A DNA stretch of 63,924 nt, counting the filler, from Guillardia theta CCMP2712 (lineage: Eukaryota > Protista > Cryptophyta), in assembly GCF_000315625.1 (NCBI RefSeq). It is 3 parts of 3 records of this genome, joined end to end, with 100 filler letters (N's around TTAATTAATTAA, not from the genome) between each part and the next. Parts side by side here need not be neighbours in the genome. Positions count along the whole stretch, not along the records: positions 1 to 19,153 come from NW_005434346.1; 2 more parts are not named here. The stretch is one strand, 5' to 3'. Made by a program: the position numbers and the translations under genes. The notes below the pieces were generated by a model that was given only the letters and a program-made list of their open reading frames with translations, was not told the DNA's origin and searched no databases. This document shows positions 1 through 13,083 of this stretch, piece by piece. Positions within the stretch are counted from its first letter, which is position 1. Each line of letters begins with the position of its first letter.

Positions 1-155
<155 letters not shown>

Positions 156-300
156 TGAGGGAGGGGGGGGGGGGGAGGACAGAAGGGAGGCGAGCAGACA
201 TAAAAGGAAGGTCTTCACAAAACAGACAATGGCAGGCAAGAGCAAGATGGCTGGTGAAACGGAAAAGGAAGAGCAGGAGGAGCAGGAGGAGCAAGAGAGG

Positions 301-1464
301 TCACGTGATGTGGATGCTGTCAACGCCCAGCAGGTCCTCAGCTTGTAAGAGTCTGTGGGTCGTGTTGTATCCATCTTCAACTTCTTCGCCCTCCGAGTCT
401 GCTGAGCTGTTTGCTCGCTCAGCAGTCTCAGCCGCATGCTCGGGTTGAGAGGACAGCACCCACTCCTTCAGCACGTTCACCCTGCTCCCTCCCACCGGCG
501 AAGTGATCGCCGCCACCCGCCATGGCAGCAGGACGGAAGCGTCGCCGACAGGACAGACCCAGTCGACTCGCCGCTCGACGACAGTGGCGGTGGGGATGGT
601 GAGGAGGGTGGAGCTGGTGCTGATGGCGGTCAGGCGGAGACGACAGTCGGCATGGGCGGTGAGGAGCATGTCGCCGGAGGGAGAGAACATGGCGCTGCTG
701 ACGTGCGAGCACATCTTCAAGGTCGCGTGCTCCTGCTGCGGCTGGCTCACCCTCCACAGCTTGACCTCGCTCTCGGTAGGCGAGCAGGTCACCAGCTCCT
801 CCGCGTTGCAAGGGCTCCAGTCGATCTTGCCGACCTTGTTGCTGACATGCGCCATCATGGTCGCTAGAGGACGCTTCCCCGCCCTCACGTCCCACACCAG
901 CACGTTGCCAGCGTGAGCGGACGCGAGGAGGTTGCTGTTCCTCCGGCAGCAGCGAACTTGAGTGTGTCCGATGGTCTTGGTGAGGAGCGAGACAACAGGC
1001 GAGCCGACGTCGCGAGGATCGAACACCGAGATCATGCCGTCCATGCTTCCTGCCACAAGCATCGGCCCCCAGTCCACATCCGTCAGAGATCGTCCTCCTC
1101 CTGCCTCCGAGCTCCCGCAAGCTGCTCCAAGCCCAGCGTCCCACAACATCACACTCCTCTGCTTCACTGCCGCCAGCCAGCCCGCCCGCGCAGCATCAGG
1201 ACACCAGCAGACGCTGCCAAGGTCAAGCCACTTTCCTGCTGCGTCTTTCTGAACCACAGGCTCCACCCTCCTCGACCTCCCGCCTCCTTCATCCCCTCTC
1301 CCCTCCTCCTCCCCATCTCTCCCCAGCTGATCGTCGACGGCGAACCAGAGGCCCTGCCTGCTCGTGATGGCGATCGTTCCTTGCGGGCCCATGTGTGCGC
1401 TCATGTCCCGGACCTCCAACCCCGCCAGCCCCTCCTCCACAACGCACGTCCGCTCGAGCGCCAT
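301..1464 (-). CDS. WDR59: WD40-repeat protein, WDR59/Sea3 (GATOR2 subunit)-like N-terminus; continues leftward through an intron
   Basis: WD repeats ([39 protein letters not shown]) match my recollection of WDR59 (QVKWN..NANCLATSHDGDVRIWD..AHLSKIHGLDWHP). A GT donor lies near 305 ahead of a pyrimidine-rich tract on the minus strand. Confidence 0.65.
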   Translation of the reverse strand: MALERTCVVEEGLAGLEVRDMSAHMGPQGTIAITSRQGLWFAVDDQLGRDGEEEGRGDEGGGRSRRVEPVVQKDAAGKWLDLGSVCWCPDAARAGWLAAVKQRSVMLWDAGLGAACGSSEAGGGRSLTDVDWGPMLVAGSMDGMISVFDPRDVGSPVVSLLTKTIGHTQVRCCRRNSNLLASAHAGNVLVWDVRAGKRPLATMMAHVSNKVGKIDWSPCNAEELVTCSPTESEVKLWRVSQPQQEHATLKMCSHVSSAMFSPSGDMLLTAHADCRLRLTAISTSSTLLTIPTATVVERRVDWVCPVGDASVLLPWRVAAITSPVGGSRVNVLKEWVLSSQPEHAAETAERANSSADSEGEEVEDGYNTTHRLLQAEDLLGVDSIHIT

Positions 1465-1552
1465 GGCAGAAGCTCCTGAGGGAGGATCGACAAGTCACAT
1501 CCCATGATCCAGCACACCTTGTTCTACTCTTATCCCCCGCTCCCCTCCCATC

Positions 1553-1750
1553 ACCTTTCATCTCATCTCATCTCACCTCAGCTCATCTCAGCTCATCTCA
1601 TCTACTCTCATCTCATCTCATCTCATCTCATCTCATCTCATCTCATCTCTCCTCTCCTCTCCTCTCCTCTCCTCTCCTCTCCTCTCCTCTCCTCTCCTCT
1701 CCTCTCCTCTCCTTCCCTCGCCTCCCCTCAGTCCTCTCATCTCATCTCGT
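1553..1750. repeat. (TCTCA)n/(TCTCC)n pentamer microsatellite
   Basis: Visible tandem pentamers between divergent genes. Confidence 0.9.
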
Positions 1751-1845
1751 CGTATCTGCATTAATCGGGGCAGCATATTTTGCTCTAATTTGCTCATTCT
1801 GCCTTTTTTCGATGAGTGAAACTTACGGCGTGCGTCAGGGAAACA

Positions 1846-4800
1846 TGCTCGCGCCGCTGCTCTTCGTTCATCTGCCCGCACCTCTCCCTCCTCCCCTCCA
1901 TCCTCCTCTTCCTCTCTCCCGAGCCCTACCCATGGCCTCCTTTTCCTCCCTCCTCCCTCTCCCTTCTCCTTCGTTCCACGCTCGCGGCATGCGCGGATCC
2001 TCTGGCATCCTCGCCTCGCCCGTCGCCACGTCGTCCGAGGTCAAGGAGGAGCAGGTGAAGGTGATGGACGCGGTGAGCAGCAGCTGGGGGGGAGCTGGCT
2101 TTGTTCTTCTCCTCACCGCTTCGGTCTCTGCCATGGCGGGAACAGAGCGAGGTCTGCTGCTGCTGGGAGGAAGCTTCTACCCCCTCCTCTTCCTCCTCCT
2201 GAGCTCCCTCAAGAAAGCAGCGAGGCGCGAGCAGCTCTCCTCCACCTCCTACCGCCACATGATCTTTGCTTTGGCAGCTTCCTCGCTTCTCGTCTTCTAT
2301 GGTGCCATGTCGGCGATGTTGGCAGCTGCGCGCATCAACCTGCTGCCTGCGTGCTTCCTCTTGACCTCGGCCGTCACCATGTTCATCAGCTTCTGGATAT
2401 GGAAGATGAGCAGCGAGGAGGCAGCAGGATCAGCAGGAGCAGCAGGAGCAGCAGCAGGCAATCTGCCCCTCCTTCCTTCATTGGCGGGTCCGATGGGGTC
2501 ATTCTACCCGCTTCTCTTCCTTGTCTCGCTGGTTCAGGCGCTGGCAGCAGCAGCAGCTCCTCTGCTCGTGACGCGATGGCTGGGAGTCTTGGAACTCACG
2601 GACCTTCCTCGTGCTCTCTTTGCCCTGCGTCTCACCGCAGCAGGAGCGCTTCTGCGATCCGGCGTTGCCTCCGCCCTCTCGTGGTCGGAGAGGAGAGGAG
2701 GAGGAACCTGGCGGGATCTTCACGCAGGGGCTGCTGTCTCCCTCCTCATCCAGCCTCTCCTCCTCCTCTACATCGTCTCTCCCTGGAGGATCGCTGGTCG
2801 TCCCCTCCTGCTCGGCTGCCTCCTGGTAGACTCGCTGCTGGCTGCCGCGTGCCTTCTCGGAGCCAGCGAGACAAGGGAGCTGGACGAGCGAGAATGCTTC
2901 AGAGCTTTCGGCGATGCCTGCCGTCTTGCGGGGGAAGGGAAGAGCGCAGAGGCGATACAAGAACTGCACAAGGCAAGACGAGGATGGAACGCAGGAGGAG
3001 GAGGAGGATCCGTGTATGCGAAGGCAGCGGAAGACTTTGAGCGAGTGATCCTGGAGGGAGGAGAGAGGAAGAGCATCCCGTCGAATCTAGTCTGCTCTCT
3101 TTGCGACGAGATCTCCAGTATGATCAGCAGCTCCGTCAAGTCGGATGTCAAGGAGAGGAGGGAGAAGATCGATCAGGAACGAGTCGCTTCCTCTCTCCTC
3201 CCTCGTCCTGACGTCTCAAATCAGGCGACCGCCAAGCTTGAAGATGCCGAGGCCCTGAAGGACCTTGCGCAGCTCAATGATGAAGTCAAGGTCAAGATAG
3301 AAACTCCCCTCCTCCTCCTTCCATGCTCCTCCTCCCTCTTCTCCTCTGCGCTCCTCCTCCCTCTTCTCCTCTGCGCTCCTCCTCCCTCTTCTCCTCTGCG
3401 CTCCTCCTCCCTCTTCTCCTCTGCGCTCCTCCTCCCTCTTCTCCTCTGCGCTCCTCCTCCCTCTTCGCCTCTGCGCTCCTCCTCCCTCTTCTCCTCTGCG
3501 CTCCTCCTCGCGCTCTCCTCCTTGTTTTCTCCCTCACCCTCTTCCTGTCTCTGTTGAACGAGCTCTTCCTGCAGGTCCGAGCTCAGCTGAGGCAGGCCCG
3601 TAGTCTCGTTCTCTTCGCAGACTGGAAGCTCGGAGCAGAGATGGTGGAAGTCTTCTTCCCCCCCTCACCCTACTCTCAATCTCCTCCTGCCCTCCTCGTT
3701 GCTCGTCTCCTCCCTTCCTTTCCCATCCCCTGAGAAACTCGATCCTCTCCTCTGAACGTTTTCCCCTCCCTGCTCCTCCTGCCTTCACGTCCTAATGCTC
3801 GTCCTTTGCTAGCGCTCCGCCTACCCGGAGAACCATTGGGAGGAAAGACTTCTAGTCAAGCAGCAGAGGAAAGACAGTGTGCGCTCCATGGCAGGTGATA
3901 TAGCAGGCGTGACTGGAGGAGGAGGAGGAGGAGGAGGAGGAGGAGGAGGAGGAGGAGGAGGAGGAGGTAAAGCTGATAGTGAAAGCAGCGAGTCTGGGAC
4001 AACGAGACGAGGAGCTAGAAAAGAAATCGCGAGCAAAGGAGGACGCGGACCAGGTGACGTTGGAACTCCAGCATGACCCCAGCTAGACATGAACGAACCG
4101 CTGCAGAAATTCCTCAAGGCCGAGCAGCTAGTCCAGCAGGGCCTCTACCCACAAGGTCTCTTCCTCTCGCCCTCCTCCCTCCTGTCCCTCCCGAGCTGAG
4201 CGTTTGAGCAGCCCGGGAACTGCTGGAGGAGGTCGAAGGCTTGTGGCGATTAGCCGGTATGCTCGGTTTCCCCGGCAGACCGTGAGTTATCTGCTTGCTC
4301 TGTTTCCATCTTCTTTCCTTCTTCAACCCTCTTCTCCCCGTCCCTCCCATCCCATCGCAGCCCATCCCATCCCATCTAATGATGCTCCCTCCTCTCCACT
4401 CCTCTCCACTCCTCTCCTCTCCTCTCCTCTCCTCTCCTCTCCTCTCCTCTCCTCTCCTCTCCTCTCCTCTCCTCTCCTCTCCTCTCCTCCCTCCTCTCTC
4501 CTCTTCTCTTCTCCTTCCCTATCCTCTCCCGGCATTCCCTCGCGCTTGCCTCGTACGTCGCTTGTCCTCCTTTGCTCTCTCGGCTCGTCTCACTCCCTCC
4601 CTCAGTTTCGAGTCTGCAATCGAAGATCTCCTCGCCAAGATCGACTCTGGTGCGCCCCCAGCCCCCAACTCTCCTTCCCTTCCCTTCCCTTCCCTTCCCT
4701 TCTCCTTCTCCTTCTCCTTCTCCTTCTCCTTCTCCTCCCTCACCCCGCCTTTTCCTCCTGCGCTGTCTTCCGTCGACTCTCCTGCTGCATCTCTTTCCTC

Positions 4801-5514
4801 CTCTGAGTCGAGGAGTTTCAGCTGCCAAGGACGGCAAGCAACAGCTTGACACACCGATGGTAAGAGGAGGAGAGGAGGGGAGGAGGAGTGAGGTATTGGT
4901 GCAGGAGGAGGCACAAGCAACAGGAGAAAGTGACAAGCCAGTCGACTTCAACAAGGTCCTCCTCCTCTCCCTCCTCCTCTTCCTTATCCTTCTCTCCCTC
5001 TTCCTCCGCTACCTTCTCATCCACCTCACCCTCCTCCCTTTCGCTTCAAATCTCTGCTACATTCCATTTGCCCGCCTCTTTCCGAGTCGATTTTCTTCTG
5101 CTCTCCCTGTCCTCCACGACTCCTCTGCTTGACTTCTCCTCTTTCTGTCTCTTTCTTACCCACTAAGTTCCTCCCCTTCCCACCTTTCTCTCCCTCCTCG
5201 CTGAAAGTTTCACAGGCCCTCGATGAGCTACGTACCCAGGTGGTAGAGGGGAGGGGGGGAGACTTGAGGAAGAGATGAAACATGGGAGGGAGCGAGGGAG
5301 CGAGGGAGCGAGGGAGCGAGGGAGGGACTGGAAGAGAGTGAGAGGGAGAGGGGGGGGGGGAGGGGGGAGGAGGTGAATGGGAAGAAGGAGAAGGAAGAAG
5401 TAGGGTGGAAGAGAGGGGGCAGGAAGTGGAGGGATGCTGATGATTCCGGCAGTACATGGAAAGCCTTGATCGACGACTACAGTGATGGGCTGCCTACATT
5501 TTTATTTGTTGAGG
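1846..5514 (+). CDS. Multi-exon hypothetical membrane protein (about 7-8 hydrophobic helices, then helical C-terminal exons)
   Basis: Long coding exon ~1931-3290 with several TM-like segments. Later short exons (VRAQLRQARSLVLFADWKLGAEM, FESAIEDLLAKIDS, SQALDELRTQ, WKALIDDYSDGLPTFLFVE) have GT/AG boundaries and microsatellite introns. Start and end are uncertain. Confidence 0.5.
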
Positions 5515-5571
5515 TCATTTCAATACTGATTCCACATGTGCAACTTAAATGTCAAGATGAATTCCTACTCC

Positions 5572-6650
5572 TCACTTCTTGCTCCCTCCTCCTCGCTCAA
5601 TCATTGTTTCCGTGACAACCTGAGAGGAGGACAAGGAAGTGAGAGGCAGGAGGGACAGAAAAGAGGAGGAAAGTCAGAGGCAGGAAGGAGGAGGAGGAGG
5701 AGGAGTGGAAGAGGAAGCAGGGGACTAGGGGAGAGAGCGAGCACAAGGACAATGACATGCAGAGAAGATGGAGAGAAGCACCGAGACTGAGGGGGGAGAA
5801 GACAAGAGGGAGAAGACAAGAGGGAAGAAGGGCGGCGGTCGGTTGGGGTGAAGGCAGGACAGGACAGGACAGGACAGGGAACGGAAGGAAACTGAAGGGA
5901 AAAGCGGCAAAACGAAGGGAAGGGAAGGGAAGGGACGGGACGGGACGGGACGGGAAGGGAAAGTTACGAACATTTCGAGATTCTAGAAGTCGATCGACAC
6001 ATTTCGCAAGGCAGACCTGCTGGTCTGCAAAACAAATGAGGAGTACGAGGAGGAAAAGAGAGGAGGGAGGAGGAGGAGGAGGAGGAGGATAGAGGAGGGA
6101 GGAGTACGAGAAGGAAAAGAGAGGAGGGAGGAGTACGAGAAGGAAAAGAGAGGAGGGAGGAGGAGGAGGAGGAGGAGGAGGATAGAGGAGGGAGACAGGG
6201 GAACAACAAGAGTCACCTTTATCCAATCGATCCCCTGGCTTGCTCACACACTTGTTGAAGCATTTGGAGGTTATGCTGTTATAGATGTCCTGCATTATCT
6301 GCATCTCTGATTCCTAAAACAGACCAACACCACCATCAGGCTTCTCAATAGAACAACACAACTGTGTGGTGGGGTTCGTGCTCTTACTCGCTCAGTCACA
6401 TCTCTCTACTTCATTCTATGCGTTCAATTCCTCGATGGTTCTTCTGTCTCCCCTCCATTCTCTCCTCTCTGTCCTCTCTCCTCGCCTCTCCCAGTCATAT
6501 CTCTATCGTTTCTTCCTCTCTCCTCGATATCTCCTCGCATGGTCGCTCTTCCTCTCTCCTCGCATGATCGCTCTTCTTCTCTCCTCGCATGATCGCTCTT
6601 ACCTCTTTCATCTCCCTCAACAGGTTTTCTTTGCCCATTTTGCCGTCCAT
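5572..6650 (-). CDS. Mitochondrial small Tim chaperone (Tim8/9/10/13 family, twin CX3C)
   Basis: Spliced exons give MDGKMGKENLLREMKE / ESEMQIMQDIYNSITSKCFNKCVSKPGDRLDK / DQQVCLAKCVDRLLESRN / VVTETMIERGGGSKK*. Twin CX3C motif; KPG is Tim13/Tim8-like. Confidence 0.85.
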
Positions 6651-6867
6651 CTCGTGTATCCGATCGCAACACCACCCCACCCCCAGTCTCTTAAACACCC
6701 TCGATTGGGTCCAGTACTACCCTACGCTTGAAGATGGTACCCTATATTTAGAGGAAGTTGAATTGTTAAAAATAGGGTGGGGTAGTAACCCCCCCTACCC
6801 CATGATCGATCCTCTCCAATTTGTGCGCCCTCGCTAGCCGCCATAGCCTGCATGAGGAACTGATGAT

Positions 6868-7106
6868 AGAGGCAGGAGCAGGAGCAGGAGCAGAAGCAGA
6901 AGCAGGAGCAGCAGCAGCAGGAGGAGGAGGAGGAGGAGCAGAGGCAGGAACAGCAGCAGCAGGAGGAGCAGGAGCAGCAGCAGCAGCAGGAGCAGGAGCA
7001 GAGGCAGAGGCAGGAGCAGGAGCAGAGGCAGGAGCAGGAGCAGGAGCAGGAGCAGAGGCAGAGGCAAGGGCAGGATCATGGGCAGGAGCAGGATCAGGAT
7101 CAGGAT
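6868..7106. repeat. Degenerate (GCAGGA/GCAGAG)n hexamer repeat
   Basis: Visible low-complexity repeat; the resulting poly-Ala/Pro/Leu ORFs are incidental. Confidence 0.85.
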
Positions 7107-7357
7107 AGGGACGAGACCCGGACTCGTCAAGACTAGATGAGACGAGACGAAAACGAGGACTGATACAGAGGAAGCTGCGAGAGAGGGGAGCAGGGGGTGA
7201 GGGAGAGGAAGGAGGGGCAAGTAGATTGCAGGTAGAAGAACCGAGCAGACAGAGAGGGATAAAAGGAAGGGCTTTGTACTCACACACAGAAAAACATCAT
7301 GAAGAAGAATGAGGAGCACCAGAACTTTAGCCAAACTGGTTGAAATCGCAAGAAAAC

Positions 7358-7389
<32 letters not shown>

Positions 7390-7439
7390 AAAGAAGATGT
7401 CGTGTAGTGGTATCTCGTCGCTGACATCTCATGTAGATC

Positions 7440-9289
<1,850 letters not shown>

Positions 9290-9545
9290 GCGAGGGCTGC
9301 CGCTGCGCTCTCAGTAGCAGTCGGAGGCTTCACGCCATGATGACAGCAGCGCAGTTGACTATCTAGTGCTTCCGTTACTGTTGAAGCAAGATAAGTGAAA
9401 ATGGTGGTAGTCCCCGTCCGATCCGTTACAAGCCCCTGAGCTAAGTGACGTATCAGATCTGCATCATTCGCCCCTCACGTATCAGATCTGTAGCGTCGGT
9501 TTAACGATAGCGACGTCGAGCAAAATGGTAGAAGAGCGGGGAGGG

Positions 9546-9577
<32 letters not shown>

Positions 9578-10016
9578 AAATCAGAGAGGAGAAGTAATGA
9601 GAGAGGAGAGAAGACGATGAGAGAGAAGAGGAGAGGAGCAAAGTGAGAAGTCAGGAAGACATCAGAGTTGAATACTAAGAATGTTCGCAAATGTCTGGTT
9701 GCTCTCCTCCGTCAACGTCATCAGAAATTAACGAAGGAGCAAAGAGAGAAAGTGCGAGAAACGAAACGGTAAATTTGCCACGCTGAGCGAGATATGTGAA
9801 GGAGAGCAGCAGAGACGAGAGCAGCAGCGAGGCCACGATGAAAGAGAAAGAGAAACATGTCGTTACATGCGAAGCTGTTGTTTAAGTTGGCATGCAGGAA
9901 TCTAGTGGACAACCCCAACATTGACAGGACAAACAGAAGAAGAAAAGAAGAGACTGGATACAACAAGTAAGCAGTAAGGAGGAGGAGGAGGAGGAGGAGG
10001 AGGCCTTGAGCTGTAC

Positions 10017-11080
10017 ATGGATTCATCTCCTTTCAAGCTTCTTGTTCTTCTGTCCCTGCTCGTTTCCTTTCAAGTAGCCAACGCTTCTCTTGATCGGCTC
10101 CATGGCCCGAGGGAGTTCGTCCCCTCCTCCTCCATCAGCTCTCTCACCCGGCAGCTCCTGGAGGCGGTGCTGCTGGGGGACTTCAACCTCGCCAACGTCA
10201 CGAGTATCCTCACAGCCGGTGCCGATCCCAACGCCTACGACGAGAACCAGATGACGGCTCTGCACTGGGCAGTGATCAAGGGGCAGAACGAGACCGTCAA
10301 GACGCTCCTCGCTCGCGGCGCCTACACCGACGCCCTCGACGCCTCCTACCGCACGCCCGCTCACTTCCTAGGGATCTACGGTGAGGCATGCGAGGAGGAG
10401 GCTGACCTGACATGACGCGCAGGCTGGGGAGGACCGTACCCCTCCATCCTCAGCTCCCTCTACTTCGCGGGGGCCAACCTCAACGCGGGGGACCAGGCGC
10501 ACAACACGGCCCTGCACTACGCGGCGATGGAGGGGCAGACAGAAACAGCAAGAAACCTGGTGGCCTACGGGGCTCGACTCGACGTCGTGAACCTCTGGCA
10601 GCATCGAACACCTTACGGCATGGCAGTGCTGGTAGCTCCTCCTCCTCTCCCCTGCTCCCCTCCCCATCTTCTCCTTGCTCCCTCCTCCTTCCCTCTCTTT
10701 CTTACTCCCTCCTCCTCCTCTTCCTCCATCTCCGCCCTCACATCACGCAGGAGAATCAAACTGAGACGGCAGCTGCCCTCCTACAGCTCGTCGCCTCGCT
10801 TCCTCCCGCGCAGAAGAGCATCGCGGAGCAGGAGGTGGTGAACGACGTCGTGCCATGCCAGGGCTCCTCGTGCCCGGGCCGATGCCTCACCGACCAGTCG
10901 AACTTGCGCATGGGAGGCAGCACCTGGGGATGCTACCAGAACAACTTCTTCATGGGCCAGCAGCCTGTCCAGGAGCCCCAGCCTCCAGGCCCCCCTCAGG
11001 TGAGCCGACTCGACAGCTGGAAACGCATCCTGACCTCTGTCGCAGCCCGAGCAGCAGCTGGGGGTGATACAGGGAGATGT
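10017..11080 (+). CDS. Ankyrin-repeat protein with N-terminal signal peptide and Cys-containing tail (spliced)
   Basis: MDSSPFKLLVLLSLLVSFQVANA leader. Ankyrin motifs GADPNAYDENQMTALHWA, LLARGAYTDALDASYRTPAH, GANLNAGDQAHNTALHYAAMEG across exons ~10017-10381, 10423-10631 and 10751-10998. 3' end approximate. Confidence 0.8.
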
Positions 11081-11127
11081 TGTTACATGAACTTTATGAA
11101 GCTAGTCGATGAACCTTGTCAAGTATG

Positions 11128-13083
11128 CTAGTCGATGCTGATCACGGACTGCTTTTCCTGCTCATCCACTCGTCCTCGCTTCTGCTGCACAGCTGAGAAC
11201 GCGCCCCCTGTCCGCTTACCCAGGAGGATGTTGGAGTCCGAGCTATTCTCTCTGTCCTCTTGAAAGGTGAGCAGCCTCGCGGGAGGAGAGCGAAACGGGA
11301 GCATCTCCGAGTCCAGCTGCTCCTTCATCTTCCTGATGACCTCAAACTCTCTCTTGTGGTTCCTTCGCAGCTGCTCCAGCCGCTGCTGGCGGACGCGAAG
11401 CCGAAGAGCATCGAGGGAGGGTCGGAGATCGCGCACGAGCCGCTCCCCGAGAGAGAACACCCACTCCTCGCGCCGCATCCCCTCCGACGCCATCGCCTCT
11501 CTCGACACCGCAAACCCGATTCTTCCTCGCTGCAGGTCCTCGAGCACGGGCTTGAACAGAGTCTCAACGGCCGCCACTCGCTTCTCGATCTCCTTGTTCT
11601 CCTCCAGCACCTCCTTGACCCGTCGCTCCATTGTCCGCTGCTGCTCCTTGATCTTCGACTCCTCCACTGAGTCAAGCCGCTCCACCGCTGCCTCGAGAGC
11701 CTCATGCAGGGCTTGAGATTCTGAGCTCCACTCCTCCAGCAGCGCCTCGTTCCGGATCTGAGCCTCGCTCAGACTCAGAAACGTCTGCTCGTGCAGCGCC
11801 GCCAGCTGCTCGCTCCACCTCGACTGCTTCCTCGTCAAGTTCTCTCTCAGCTGCATGCTGGAGCTGTTCATAGCAGCTAACACGTGCTCGGCCCCGTCGT
11901 GGAAGCTCTCGATCACCTTATTGTACCTCTCAAGAGACCCGCAAAACTTGTCCAGGTTGCTGTCCATCTCCTCCATCCTCTTCTTCCTCCTTTCCTTCCA
12001 CTCTCGCTCGCATATCCCCTGCATCCGCCGAAGCTCATCTGCCTTCCTCTTGGCAGCTTCTGCTCGCTGATGACTCTGTACAAGCGGCTGCAAGAGGGGT
12101 AGGAGGATGCGAAGCACATGTTCGCGCTCAGTGTGGTACTGCTGGAGGGCCTCTTGCTCCTCCTCCTCCTGCTTCTTCACATCCTCCTGCAGGAAGTTGA
12201 GGACTTTGTCTCCCTTGTCTTGACATTCAGTGAGGTGTGACCGCAGGCCGAGCGCGTCGCTTCTCGCTGCCTCGATGGCTTCCGACTCTCTCTTGAGGTC
12301 CAGCTGGACTTTCTCTTTCACCTCCTCCGAGGCAGACGCCTTCGCCTGCGCCTGCTCGAGCGTGTCTCTGCCGCTCCTGAGGTTCTTCAACGCTGACAAC
12401 GACTTCTCCCACAACTGTGAGGGTGTCAGTGGGAAAAGAGGAAGAGAGAAAGGAAGAGAGAGGCGGGGAAAGGGGGGAGGAGATGGCAAGCAGACCTCGT
12501 GGATAAGTCTCTTCTTGCTTGACACGTCCTTTGCTTGAGCTACTCTCGACTCAGCTGATTTGACAGCTTCGATAGACTTCGTGATAACGTCATCCGAGCA
12601 TTGCTCGCATGTGACGCTCTTGATATCGTTACAAAAGTTTCGGATGGTGGGTATGATGTCGCCGCGTATCTTCGCTGCGATCTTTCTGTCAAGCTCGCAT
12701 GCGATCCTCGAGTTTTCCGACTGATCCAACGCCTCGCACATGTAAGAGACGTAATCGAGTAGCGAGCTGAGAAACTGGTGCACTCGGTCTCGCTGGCCGG
12801 TAGCTGGAACCGCCTTAATGAGCTGCTTTCTGAGAGCCTGCAGATGAGACGTCTTGGACTCGGGGATGGCGCAGAGCTCGGGGGGCACGCGAGGCTCATC
12901 AGGAAGAGATCTGTCGACAAGGGGGGTGAGATCTAGATCAGACGACTTACCTGGAAGACAAGCGAGCAGCTGTTCGAGATGCTTCCGTGTCAGCGTAACC
13001 ATCTGTTCCTCAGAACAAGATTCCACGTCTATGACTTGCTGCTCCTCCTTGTCCTCCAGCTTGGTTGGCCGCTGAAAGTACAA
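11128..13083 (-). CDS. Long coiled-coil protein with paraflagellar-rod (Flagellar_rod)-like C-terminal half
   Basis: 651-aa ORF containing in-frame introns (e.g. ~12415-12495). The segment AMNSS...LEEWSSESQALHEALEAAVERLD...LFKPVLEDLQRGRIGF aligns nearly ungapped with my recollection of the trypanosome PFR C-terminus. 5' exons probably lie further upstream. Confidence 0.6.
   Translation of the reverse strand: MYFQRPTKLEDKEEQQVIDVESCSEEQMVTLTRKHLEQLLACLPGKSSDLDLTPLVDRSLPDEPRVPPELCAIPESKTSHLQALRKQLIKAVPATGQRDRVHQFLSSLLDYVSYMCEALDQSENSRIACELDRKIAAKIRGDIIPTIRNFCNDIKSVTCEQCSDDVITKSIEAVKSAESRVAQAKDVSSKKRLIHEVCLPSPPPFPRLSLPFSLPLFPLTPSQLWEKSLSALKNLRSGRDTLEQAQAKASASEEVKEKVQLDLKRESEAIEAARSDALGLRSHLTECQDKGDKVLNFLQEDVKKQEEEEQEALQQYHTEREHVLRILLPLLQPLVQSHQRAEAAKRKADELRRMQGICEREWKERRKKRMEEMDSNLDKFCGSLERYNKVIESFHDGAEHVLAAMNSSSMQLRENLTRKQSRWSEQLAALHEQTFLSLSEAQIRNEALLEEWSSESQALHEALEAAVERLDSVEESKIKEQQRTMERRVKEVLEENKEIEKRVAAVETLFKPVLEDLQRGRIGFAVSREAMASEGMRREEWVFSLGERLVRDLRPSLDALRLRVRQQRLEQLRRNHKREFEVIRKMKEQLDSEMLPFRSPPARLLTFQEDRENSSDSNILLGKRTGGAFSAVQQKRGRVDEQEKQSVISID

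Noticed and set aside
1395-1845. N-terminus and C-terminal tail of the 720-aa ORF
   Set aside because: Read-through of stop-free microsatellites, not real coding sequence.
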